From NCBI GenBank assembly GCA_965206645.1, contig CBDBKE010000004.1, positions 672,001-736,000 of the forward strand: 64,000 bases of DNA, given 5' to 3'. The notes below the pieces were generated by a model that had not been told where the DNA came from, did no database searches, and saw nothing but the letters and a program-made list of their open reading frames with translations. The stretch comes from Terriglobia bacterium. GTDB taxonomy: Bacteria; Acidobacteriota; Terriglobia; JAJPHL01; JAPKYU01. How positions within the stretch are numbered: position 1 is the first letter of the stretch; each line of letters opens with the position of its first letter. This document shows, one piece after another, positions 31,274 through 43,242 of the stretch. A program made the position numbers and the translations under genes.

Positions 31274-31787
31274 AGGGGTTATGGTACCATCCGCTGAAGG
31301 ACCAATGCAGTGTCAGTGCTGAAGCAGACCAACATCCCGCAGGCCACGCGGCTGTTCACCGACTTTCTCTACCAGTTTGATCGCGTCCGGTCCTTTTACA
31401 GCTTCGCCCCCTTTGATGAGGCATCGTTTTTTCAGGCCGCCAAGTCGGTGACCTACCCTGAGGAGACCCGCGCGGCGGTGACCGCGGTTCTGGAGGAACA
31501 GAGCGAGCGGAAACTCCGGCAGAACGATTTAACGCTTGTGTTGCATCGACCGGTTGAGCTGGCAGGGGTTATGGTACCATCCGCTGAAGGACCAATGCAG
31601 TGTCAGTGCATTCCCGCAGGCCACGCGGCTGTTCACCGACTTTCTCTACCAGTTTGATCGCGTCCGGTCCTTTTACAGCTTCGCCCCCTTTGATGAGGCA
31701 TCGTTTTTTCAGGCCGCCAAGTCGGTGACCTACCCTGAGGAGACCCGCGCGGCGGTGACCGCGGTTCTGGAGGAACAGAGCGAGCGG
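31274..31787 (+). repeat. ~230-bp direct duplication of the bshC promoter and 5' end
   Basis: Copy 1 is 31274-31510, copy 2 is 31564-31787. They are identical except TGAAGCAGACCAACAT versus ATT just after the start codon. Confidence 0.93.
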
Positions 31788-33200
31788 TTCGGGGCCACCG
31801 AGCAAACCCGACGTAATCTCGAACGCTTCCGACAGGGGTCAGCAGCAGTGGTGACCGGCCAACAGGTGGGCCTGTTCACCGGGCCCGTGTTTGCTTTTTA
31901 CAAGGCACTCACGGCCATCCGGCTCGCCGAGCACCTGACTGCCGCAGGCCTGGATTGCGTGCCCGTCTTCTGGCTGGCTACCGAAGACCACGACCTGGAG
32001 GAAGTCAACCACACCTTCCTGCTCAACCCCGACTACCAGCTACACCGCATCGCCGAGGAAGAGACACCGCGCGCGCCTAACACGCCGGTCGGCGAGGTGA
32101 CCATAAGCGACGGGTTTGCGCGGCAGATCGAGCAGGCAATCGACTTGCTACCGAAAAGCGATTGGAAAGCAGAACTCGCCCGCGCGCTTGCGGAAACATA
32201 TCGTCCCGGAGAGACATTCGGAAGCGCCTTCGGCCGCCTGATGGCTCGGCTGCTGGGCCGCTTCGGGGTGTTGCTGCTGGACCCGATGCATCCACGCCTG
32301 CACCGGCTAGCGACCGGTCTGTTCCGGCGCGCCCTGGAATCGGCCGACGAGTTGCGCCAGGCGTTGCTGGACCGCAACCGGGAGCTGGCCCAAGCCGGCT
32401 ATCACGCCCAGGTGCACGTCACCAACCATTCCACCTTGTTATTTCAGCGCACTGGCGGACAACGTACTGCCTTGCGACGCCGCGACGGCGAATTCCTGGT
32501 GGGCGACGAGCATCGGAGCGCCGCCGAATTACTGGAACATCTGGAGCGCTCTCCTGACGATTTCTCACCCAATGTTCTTCTACGTCCCGTCTTGCAGGAT
32601 TATCTGTTGCCTACCGTCGCCTACGTCGGAGGGCCGGCCGAGGTGGCATACCTGGCGCAGGCCAGCGCGCTCTACCACCACCTGCTGGGTCGCATGCCGG
32701 TGATTCATCCCCGGGCCAGTTTCACGCTGCTGGACAGGCACGCCGCAGAGCTGCTGGGACGCTACCAAGTGACACTGGCGGACGTGCTGGGCGACTCACA
32801 AATCCTCCGCGAGAAGATGGCCGGGCAGCTGTTGCCTCCCGAGCTGGCGGCTGCCCTCACACAGGATGAGCGTCAGCTCCAGGAGATGCTGACCTCTCTG
32901 CGCCAGCAGATGGAGGCTTTCGACCACACCCTGGCCGACGCCGTGGCCACGTCCGCTCGGAAAATGAACTACCAACTGGCCAACATCAAGCGCAAGGCTG
33001 CCCGCGCCGCCGGTCTTCGTTCCCAGCAGATGGAGCGTGACGCGGTTATTTTGGAAAATCTCCTCTATCCCCGGAAGAATCTTCAAGAGCGCGTCTACAG
33101 CGGAATTTCCTTCCTGGGGCGGTTTGGCCCTGACTTACTGGATCGTCTTTACCAACGGATTTCACCGCACAGCGCCGACCACCAGGTTCTGGTTCTCTGA
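31595..33200 (+). CDS. bshC: Bacillithiol biosynthesis cysteine-adding enzyme BshC (5' end frameshifted as given)
   Basis: VVTGQQVGLFTGP, VPVFWLATEDHD, FSPNVLLRP, YVGGPAEVAYLAQ, LQER. The ATG at 31595 is out of frame with the body of the gene. Confidence 0.9.
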
Positions 33201-33333
33201 CTCGAGCCTGCCACTCGCCCACTTCAACAGCCTGCGGAGGCCTCACGTCGCAACCTGAGCAACACCTTGCTGACGCGGGGGCCTCGGCAACTTGAGCAAC
33301 TACAGAGCTGCGCCCGTTGGCGCAAATCCGCCG

Positions 33334-34503
33334 CTACGAATTTTCGCCGAGCATGAGGTTGCGCAGGGCGGTCTCGGCCGTGGTGTGGGCCAGCGCCAGC
33401 ACAGTGTCGTGCGAGTGAAAGGCGGTGTCGCCGTGCGGCACCATGGCCTGACCGTCGCGCAGCACCGTGACAATGCTGGTCTCCTGAGGAAATACGATGT
33501 CCTTCAATTTCTTCCCCACCAGCGGCGAATTGGCGTCCAACGAGAACTCCAGGATTTCCAGGTCGCCGGTGTGGATGTTCAGCAAGGTGCGGATCTTGGT
33601 GGCTGGCACCACGCTTTCAATCACCTCGCTGATGATGGCCGTGGAGCTGACCGTCACGTCCACGCCCAGTTTCTGCATCACGGCTTCATTCTTCGGATTC
33701 TTGACGCGGGCGATCGTCTTGGGGATGCCAAAGTGGAACTTGGCCACCTGGCAGGCGATCAAGTTGTCGTGATCGTGGTTGGTGACGGCCACAAACACTT
33801 GGCATCGGTTGGCACCTGCCTTCTCCAAAATCTCGATAGTCGAACCGTCGCCCCGGAGCACGGGACAATCCAGCTGGTTGCAGACCCTGGCATAGACTTC
33901 CGGGGTGGATTCGATGACGGTGACTTCGTTGCCCTTGTTGAGCAGCATTCGAGCCAGGTAGTAGCCCACTCTGCCACCCCCCACCACGATCATGTAGCAG
34001 GGCTGCTGGAACTCACCGGAATGGAGCGGCGCCGGGGCAGGTGCGGGCTGACGTTCCTCCAGCACCCGGCGCACTTCTTCGAAGGCGGTTTCAGTGCGGG
34101 CCGAGACCCCCTGCAGGGTCAGGGCCAGGAATTCCGCGCCAGCCACCGTGAGAGCCATGGTCTCGATTCCGGCGGCGTGAAAGCTTTGCTCGCGGTGCGT
34201 GTCATAGACCACGGCCACGACCCGGGGCACTTTAAATAAGGCTCTGGCGATCTGGGCGGCCATGAGGTTGGTGTTCTCATCGCGGGTCAGAGCAAAGACC
34301 ACGTCGGCCTTCTCGGTGCCCGCTTCGCGCAACAGTTCCGGGTCGGTGGCATCGCCAAAGACCACCCGGGCGCGGATGTCGCGCGCCGCCGGCTCCAGCA
34401 CCCGGCGGTCTTTGTCAATGACGGTGATGTGGTGGTCTTCCAGGCTAAGCCGCCGGACCGTTTCCGCGCCCACCCTGCCGTATCCGATCACAATGATGCG
34501 CAT
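33334..34503 (-). CDS. trkA: TrkA-family potassium-uptake regulatory protein with two RCK-N and one RCK-C domain
   Basis: Two Rossmann motifs (IGYGRVG, VGGGRVG) and a C-terminal SPLVGKKL...PHGDT. Confidence 0.88.
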   Translation of the reverse strand: MRIIVIGYGRVGAETVRRLSLEDHHITVIDKDRRVLEPAARDIRARVVFGDATDPELLREAGTEKADVVFALTRDENTNLMAAQIARALFKVPRVVAVVYDTHREQSFHAAGIETMALTVAGAEFLALTLQGVSARTETAFEEVRRVLEERQPAPAPAPLHSGEFQQPCYMIVVGGGRVGYYLARMLLNKGNEVTVIESTPEVYARVCNQLDCPVLRGDGSTIEILEKAGANRCQVFVAVTNHDHDNLIACQVAKFHFGIPKTIARVKNPKNEAVMQKLGVDVTVSSTAIISEVIESVVPATKIRTLLNIHTGDLEILEFSLDANSPLVGKKLKDIVFPQETSIVTVLRDGQAMVPHGDTAFHSHDTVLALAHTTAETALRNLMLGENS

Positions 34504-34623
34504 AAACTTATTGTAGCGCGCTGGCTTGGCCGCGCAAGCCAGGGTGGCACCAGGGCATGGTCCGAGCCGGGACAGCGGGACCTGAGGTAGTGAGATGGCG
34601 ACTGAGGGGTCCGAAGGGTTGCC

Positions 34624-37878
<3,255 letters not shown>

Positions 37879-37928
37879 CCTTATCGGCTGAGCCTCTTCC
37901 AGGCCATACCCGTCAGGCAGGCCATACG

Positions 37929-37993
37929 CGTCAGGGCACGGCTTCAGCCGTGCCATTAAATTGGTATCCTCTCAGGGGCTTTAGCCCCTGAGG
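37929..37993. repeat. Left 65-bp bipartite REP unit
   Basis: Hairpins GGCACGGCTTCAGCCGTGCC and CTCAGGGGCTTTAGCCCCTGAG; inverted copy of 38449-38513. Confidence 0.85.
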
Positions 37994-38446
37994 TGGTTCG
38001 TCTAACTGGAACTGCCTTGATGCAGAAGACCACGGGTAGTCATCCGTGAGGGAAACCAACCTCTTCTTTACCGGGTTCTCCTCCACATAGCGCAGGTGCC
38101 CCTCGTAGTCGCCAGCATCGCGAATCCGGTGATCGCTGAACCTGCGTTGCCAGACAGGAAAACGAAGCTTAAGTTCCTCTCCCATTCTGCGAGCCGAACC
38201 GCCCTTGATGTATTGTACGGCACGCTCCAGAGTTGTATCCGCAGCTGGAGTGAGGAGGAGATGAAAGTGCTCTGGCATCACAACGAAGGCGTGGAGATAA
38301 TAGGCCGCATGATCACGATAATGGAGCAAGGCTTCGATGAGGATCTGGCAAGCGGTCGCCTTTGTAAACAAAGGCCGACTCTCCCAGGTACGTGAGGTTA
38401 CGAAGTACGTTCCTGGTATTTTCCCGTGCCGCTTGGGAACCGCCAT
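37931..38446 (-). mobile_element. REP-associated tyrosine transposase (RAYT, Y1 HUH)
   Basis: YFVT, HUH motif MPEHFHLL, IKGGSA, VWQRRFSDHRIRD, catalytic YVEENP, YPWSS; flanked by inverted REP units. Confidence 0.9.
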
Positions 38447-38448
38447 GC

Positions 38449-38513
38449 CCTCAGCGGCTGAAGCCGCCCTCCTTTTCCATCTTGTTCGGCACGGCTGAAG
38501 CCGTGCCCTGACG
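38449..38513. repeat. Right 65-bp bipartite REP unit
   Basis: CCTCAGCGGCTGAAGCCGC ... GGCACGGCTGAAGCCGTGCCCTGACG. Confidence 0.85.
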
Positions 38514-38972
38514 AAACCACCTTTTGCTCCGTCGCGCCGACCTCCTATCCGAGGTCTCATTCAACAATTCAAAGCCTTCGGTCTGAAGGAGCGCACATAC
38601 AAGGTTCTCAAGAACGCCTCGAATAAAGAGGTCTGACAACCTATTCATGGAAAATTCCAATCCGTTGATCCTAAACTCTTCAAATTGCAATGTCTCGAGG
38701 TACACCTTCCCGCCATTTGACCGATGTTCGTTGAAGACCTTGCGAATGTTCTTATGTGCCGGTGTAGTGCTATTCAAGTAATCACTCACTCTTTGACGCA
38801 GGTTTCCGGTCTGTCCAACTCGAAACCGAGCCTTCCCTTCGTGTGCAGAAAAAGCCCGCCGGTAAACGGCTGGTCCCCTGGAAAGCCCAAGATGATTCAA
38901 CGGATACACATATTCCAACCTTTTGGCCGTTTTCGAGGGCAGCCATGTGAGTTCAATGACGATTGCGGGCAT
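38451..38972 (-). CDS. GIY-YIG-like hypothetical protein (AT-rich)
   Basis: PAVYR...FRVGQTGNLRQRVSDY...LENL resembles the GIY-YIG core. Overlaps the carA 3' end by 20 bp. Confidence 0.55.
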   Translation of the reverse strand: MPAIVIELTWLPSKTAKRLEYVYPLNHLGLSRGPAVYRRAFSAHEGKARFRVGQTGNLRQRVSDYLNSTTPAHKNIRKVFNEHRSNGGKVYLETLQFEEFRINGLEFSMNRLSDLFIRGVLENLVCALLQTEGFELLNETSDRRSARRSKRWFRQGTASAVPNKMEKEGGFSR

Positions 38973-40083
38973 TCCATTCCTCCATCAACCTCACGAACTG
39001 CTGGAACAGGTAGAGCGAATCGTGGGGCCCGGGTGCCGCCTCCGGGTGGTACTGCACGCAGAACAGCGGCGCGGCGCGGTGGCGGAAGCCCTCCAGAGTT
39101 TGGTCGTTCAGGTTCATATGCGTTGGCTCCACTTGGTTGCAGTTCAGCGAATCCGGATCCACTGCGAAGCCGTGATTGTGCGAGGTAATTTCCACTTTCC
39201 CAGTCAGCAGGTTCTTCACCGGATGGTTGGCGCCATGGTGCCCGAATTTCAGCTTGTAGGTCTTGCCGCCCAGAGCCCGGCCAAGAATCTGGTGCCCGAG
39301 GCAGATGCCAAAGATGGGCTTACGGCCGATCAGGCGGCGAACCTGGTCGACTTGTGCTTCGAGCGGCTCCGGGTCGCCAGGGCCGTTGGAGAGAAATATG
39401 CCGTCGGGTTCCAGCGCCAGCACCTCCTCGGCGCTAGTCAGCGAAGGCACCACGGTTACTCGGCAGTCTTCCAGGGTCAGGCGGCGCAGAATGTTGCGCT
39501 TGATGCCGTAGTCATAGGCCACCACGTGGTAGCGTGGTTGGGGGACCTCGGACGAGGATCCTACCGGGCTCGCGGCCTCAGTCCACAGGTACCGCTGGTT
39601 GGTGGAGACGGCCGTAGCCAGGTCCCGGCCCGTCATGTGAGGGATCGAGCGGGCCTTGGCAACCAGCTTGTCCGGGTCCGACTGCGCCGTGGAGATCACG
39701 CCGCGCATCACTCCGGTGCTGCGCAGGTGGCGCACCAACAACCGCGTGTCCAGCTCGCCGATCACTGGGATGCGGTGCTTCGTCAGGAATTGATCAGCCT
39801 CTTCCTGGCTGCGCCAGTTGCTGGCCGCGGCGCTGAACTCGCGCACGACCAGCCCCTCGATGTAGGGGCGCGCCGATTCGCTGTCTTCCGGATTGGTCCC
39901 GTAATTACCAATTTGCGGATTGGTGAGAATGACAATCTGGCCGCTGTAGGAAGGATCGGTGAAGATTTCCTGGTAGCCGGTGATTGCGGTATTAAAAACT
40001 ACTTCGCCACAACATTCGCCTGTCGCGCCATGACTCTTACCGGGGAAGACGCGCCCGTCTTCCAGCGCCAAGAACGCCTGCAT
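38953..40083 (-). CDS. carA: Carbamoyl-phosphate synthase small subunit
   Basis: GEVVFNT, TDPSYSGQ, SNGPGDP, GICLGHQ, QYHPEAAPGP. Confidence 0.98.
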   Translation of the reverse strand: MQAFLALEDGRVFPGKSHGATGECCGEVVFNTAITGYQEIFTDPSYSGQIVILTNPQIGNYGTNPEDSESARPYIEGLVVREFSAAASNWRSQEEADQFLTKHRIPVIGELDTRLLVRHLRSTGVMRGVISTAQSDPDKLVAKARSIPHMTGRDLATAVSTNQRYLWTEAASPVGSSSEVPQPRYHVVAYDYGIKRNILRRLTLEDCRVTVVPSLTSAEEVLALEPDGIFLSNGPGDPEPLEAQVDQVRRLIGRKPIFGICLGHQILGRALGGKTYKLKFGHHGANHPVKNLLTGKVEITSHNHGFAVDPDSLNCNQVEPTHMNLNDQTLEGFRHRAAPLFCVQYHPEAAPGPHDSLYLFQQFVRLMEEWNARNRH

Positions 40084-40107
40084 TCCCTCCCCCGGCCGCC
40101 GTGGCGG

Positions 40108-40668
40108 TCATTCTAAGACTCCGAACTTGTCCGCCGGCCAGTAGGCCAGCACTGCCTTGCCGTAGATATGTTCCCGCGCCACCGTCCCCCAGGACCGGCT
40201 GTCGTTGGAAGAGCTGCGGTGGTCGCCCAGGACGAAGTAGTAGCCGGGCCGCACCCGCACGAGCGGATAGCTCCGGTGGTCCAGGTACTCCGGAAGTATG
40301 TACGGTTCCCGCAGGGGTTCTTCGTTGATGTAGACTTGGCCGCCAGTGATCCTCACCACTTCGCCCGGCAGGCCGATGACCCGCTTGATGTACGACTTGC
40401 TGCGGTCCATCGGGTACCAGAAGACTACGACATCGCCCCGCTGGACCTGCTCGAACCTGTAGACGAACTTGTTAATAAAGATGCGCTGCTGGTCGGTCAG
40501 CCCGGGCATCATGCTTGTGCCTTCCACCTTCACGGGCTGGTAGAGAAAGACGATAATGAGGCCGGCAATGAAAACCGAGAGCCCGAGGTCACGAAGCCAC
40601 GCCCGCAGGCTCCAAAATGAGGACGGACTGGCTGGTTGGCTTTGAATTCTCTCGATCAGATGTTCCAT
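40108..40668 (-). CDS. lepB: Signal peptidase I
   Basis: EGTSMMP, YIKRVIGLPGE, GDHRSSSNDSR. Confidence 0.95.
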   Translation of the reverse strand: MEHLIERIQSQPASPSSFWSLRAWLRDLGLSVFIAGLIIVFLYQPVKVEGTSMMPGLTDQQRIFINKFVYRFEQVQRGDVVVFWYPMDRSKSYIKRVIGLPGEVVRITGGQVYINEEPLREPYILPEYLDHRSYPLVRVRPGYYFVLGDHRSSSNDSRSWGTVAREHIYGKAVLAYWPADKFGVLE

Positions 40669-40828
40669 CGTGCCCGGTTAGCTTTCATTGATACCACAGA
40701 CGCAGGTCGGGCGCAATGCTTCGGTGGCCTAGCTTCGCCGAGAATTCTGGAGATGGCCGATACTGGCCTCGACATTCCCAGGAAATTACTCCCCGAAGCC
40801 TGGGAGATGCCACCGTCACGAGGTCCCT

Positions 40829-41095
40829 ATGAATGAGAGCGAATGGGAGAAGAAGCTGCACGGCGAGGGGTTTCGCAACATCTTTGTCTGGCGAGACGGT
40901 CCCAACGCCCATTACCCTGAACACACCCATGCTGGAACGACAGCCCATATCGTTTTTAACGGAGAGATCACCATGACCTCTGAGGGCACGACCCGCACGT
41001 TCCGGGCGGTCGAGCGGTTTGACGTTCCCGCAAACACCGTCCACTCGGCCAAAATCGGTCCTGCCGGATGCAGATACATGATCGGCGAAAAGTAG
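40829..41095 (+). CDS. Small cupin-domain protein
   Basis: YPEHTH...HIV...GE...VPANTVHSA cupin motifs. Confidence 0.85.
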   Translation: MNESEWEKKLHGEGFRNIFVWRDGPNAHYPEHTHAGTTAHIVFNGEITMTSEGTTRTFRAVERFDVPANTVHSAKIGPAGCRYMIGEK

Positions 41096-41177
41096 CGGAC
41101 CGCTCGTTCATCAGATCGCCCCTCGTGAGGGTGGTCCGGCAGTGTGGTATAGTCCGGCACGCTAGAGAAAGCAAGCC

Positions 41178-42488
41178 ATGCGTGCTCACGCGTTGGGAGT
41201 GATTCTCGCCCTGTGGGGTTTACCCTGGGCTGCCAGCGGGCAGCCGCGGTACGACCTGCTGCTGAAGGGTGGGCACGTCCTGGACCCCAAAAACCAGAAG
41301 AACCAGGTGTTGGATGTGGCGATCGCCGGTGGCAGGATCGCGCGCGTCGCCCGCAACATTCCAGCATCAGAGGCACGGCGGGCAGTAGATGTTTCCGGGC
41401 TGTACGTGACACCCGGCCTGGTGGACATCCATGTCCACGTCTACGCGGGAACCGGGATGCGCGGCGCCTACTCCGGCGACTACAGTGTCTACCCCGATGG
41501 TCACACGTTCCGCAGCGGTGTGACCACGGTGGTGGATGTGGGCAGCTCGGGCTGGCGCGACTTCCCGGACTTCAAAGACCGGGTCATCGACCGCTCCCGC
41601 ACACGGGTGCTGGCCATGTTGAACATCGTCGGCCGGGGTATGAGGGGCGGCGCCATCGAGCAAGACACCGCAGACATGGACCCGAAGGCCACCGCCCGCC
41701 GCGCGGGCGAGTTCCCCCAGCTCATCGTCGGCATCAAGACCGCGCACTATGCCGGGCCGGAATGGATAGCGGTGGAGCGGGCGGTGGAGGCCGGAAAGCT
41801 GGCCAAGATCCCAGTGATGGTGGACTTTGGCACCTTCCGTCCGGAACGGCCTTTCCAGGAGTTGGTGCTCCAGAAGCTGCGGCCTGGCGATATGTACACG
41901 CACGCGTACGTGGGGCACGTTCCCTTGCTCGACGAGGACAACCAGGTTCGCCGCTACCTGTGGGAAGCACGCAAGCGTGGCGTTCTGTTCGATGTGGGCC
42001 ACGGTGCCGGCAGCTTCGTGTTCCGCCAGGCAGCACCGGCAGTTGCGCAAGGCTGGATCCCAAATTCGATCAGCACCGACCTGCATACCCGAAGCATGAA
42101 TGGCGGCATGAAGGGCATGCTCAACGTCATGTCCAAGTTCCTGAACATGGGCATGTCTGTGGAGGAAGTTGTGCGGCGCTCGACGCTGAACCCGGCCAGG
42201 CAAATCCAGCGCCCGGAGCTGGGCCACCTGAGCGAAGGCGCCGAGGCCGATGTGGCGGTGCTGCGGTTGGTAAAGGGGAAGTTCGGCTTCGTCGATGCCC
42301 ACGGGGCGCGGCTCAGGGGCACCCAGAAACTGGAGGCCGAACTGACCGTGCGGGGTGGCCGAGTGGTCTGGGACTTGAACGGCATCACGCGCGATGATTG
42401 GCGCCAGCTCGGTAAATACAATCGCCAGGGAGATCCCTCCTGGGATGCAACCCTGGCCCGGCCCTCGCCGAAGCCATCACCTCGCTGA
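41178..42488 (+). CDS. Amidohydrolase/deacetylase family metallohydrolase (dihydroorotase-like), exported
   Basis: PGLVDIHVH, GVTTVVDVGS, DVGHGAGSF, ISTDLH; signal peptide. Confidence 0.88.
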   Translation: MRAHALGVILALWGLPWAASGQPRYDLLLKGGHVLDPKNQKNQVLDVAIAGGRIARVARNIPASEARRAVDVSGLYVTPGLVDIHVHVYAGTGMRGAYSGDYSVYPDGHTFRSGVTTVVDVGSSGWRDFPDFKDRVIDRSRTRVLAMLNIVGRGMRGGAIEQDTADMDPKATARRAGEFPQLIVGIKTAHYAGPEWIAVERAVEAGKLAKIPVMVDFGTFRPERPFQELVLQKLRPGDMYTHAYVGHVPLLDEDNQVRRYLWEARKRGVLFDVGHGAGSFVFRQAAPAVAQGWIPNSISTDLHTRSMNGGMKGMLNVMSKFLNMGMSVEEVVRRSTLNPARQIQRPELGHLSEGAEADVAVLRLVKGKFGFVDAHGARLRGTQKLEAELTVRGGRVVWDLNGITRDDWRQLGKYNRQGDPSWDATLARPSPKPSPR

Positions 42489-42501
42489 AACGGAGGAACC
42501 C

Positions 42502-43191
42502 ATGGGCCAGCAAGTTCTCCTGTTCACCCGGGCGCTTCCCACCCGCCTAGCAGTCGAAGACGCCTTTGCTGAGGCGCCGGTCGAGCTGGTGGAAGTCTCC
42601 AGCCCTGTCGACTTGCTGGAGAAATTACAGCAGAGTTCCTGGGATGCAGTGGTCCTGGACGGCGATTCCTCACCGGTGCCGCTGTCCAAGCTACTGGCGG
42701 GTCTGCGGGGCCGCGTGGATCCGGCCAAGACCGTCGTGCTCGCAATGACCCGGCAGGCGGAGCCGCTGCCGTCCATTGGCGAGGTGTTGCTCTACGACCG
42801 CCCGGTCCGCCGGCTGTCACTGCTGGGCGCATTGAATCGTTTGCTGCTGGCGCGCCGTAAGAAGCCTATTCTTCCCGCACGGGCGGTAGCTCCCGGAAAC
42901 AAGCGGCGCGCGCTACGCGTGCCGTTGCTGGTGCCAGTGGCGTATTCTTTTCCGGAGTTGAATCAGGCCTCCGGCCAAGGCGAAGCGCTCGACGTCAGCA
43001 TCAGTGGCGCCCGCATAGCAGCCACCGCCGCGCTTTCCAGCATCTCCCCCGGACAAACCGTGGACGTGAGGAACCTGTTGACCGGCCAGCAAGCAGTGTT
43101 CCGAGTCGTCTGGGTCGCCGAAGACCTGGATGAAATTGCCGTGGGAATAAAGGCCGATCAGGAGGACGTGCGTTTCTGGCTGGCCAGTTAG
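42502..43191 (+). CDS. Degenerate receiver domain plus PilZ domain protein
   Basis: GGAGG RBS then ATG 42502; WDAVVLD receiver-like strand; RRALR and DVSISG match the PilZ c-di-GMP motifs RxxxR and DxSxxG. Confidence 0.75.
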   Translation: MGQQVLLFTRALPTRLAVEDAFAEAPVELVEVSSPVDLLEKLQQSSWDAVVLDGDSSPVPLSKLLAGLRGRVDPAKTVVLAMTRQAEPLPSIGEVLLYDRPVRRLSLLGALNRLLLARRKKPILPARAVAPGNKRRALRVPLLVPVAYSFPELNQASGQGEALDVSISGARIAATAALSSISPGQTVDVRNLLTGQQAVFRVVWVAEDLDEIAVGIKADQEDVRFWLAS

Positions 43192-43235
43192 GCCTGGCTA
43201 GTTGGCCGTGTCTAGTTAGCCCTGGCTAGTTAGCC
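43180..43235. repeat. 4 x 14-bp degenerate tandem repeat between convergent genes
   Basis: CTGGCCAGTTAGGC / CTGGCTAGTTGGCC / GTGTCTAGTTAGCC / CTGGCTAGTTAGCC. Confidence 0.85.
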
Positions 43236-43242
43236 AACGCCT

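Noticed and set aside
37879-37956. N-terminal extension of CarB in the ORF track (also the long starts given for PilT 22565, YncE 26475, sulfatase 54463 and RAYT 38560)
   Set aside because: The extensions run through REP or intergenic DNA or opposite-strand genes; canonical N-termini or signal peptides begin downstream.
37931-38972. IS200/IS605 element with TnpB/IscB
   Set aside because: The neighbouring ORF lacks RuvC and zinc-finger motifs; the flanks are REP-type palindromes.
43180-43235. Possible mini-CRISPR
   Set aside because: The 14-bp units are contiguous, with no spacers and no cas genes.
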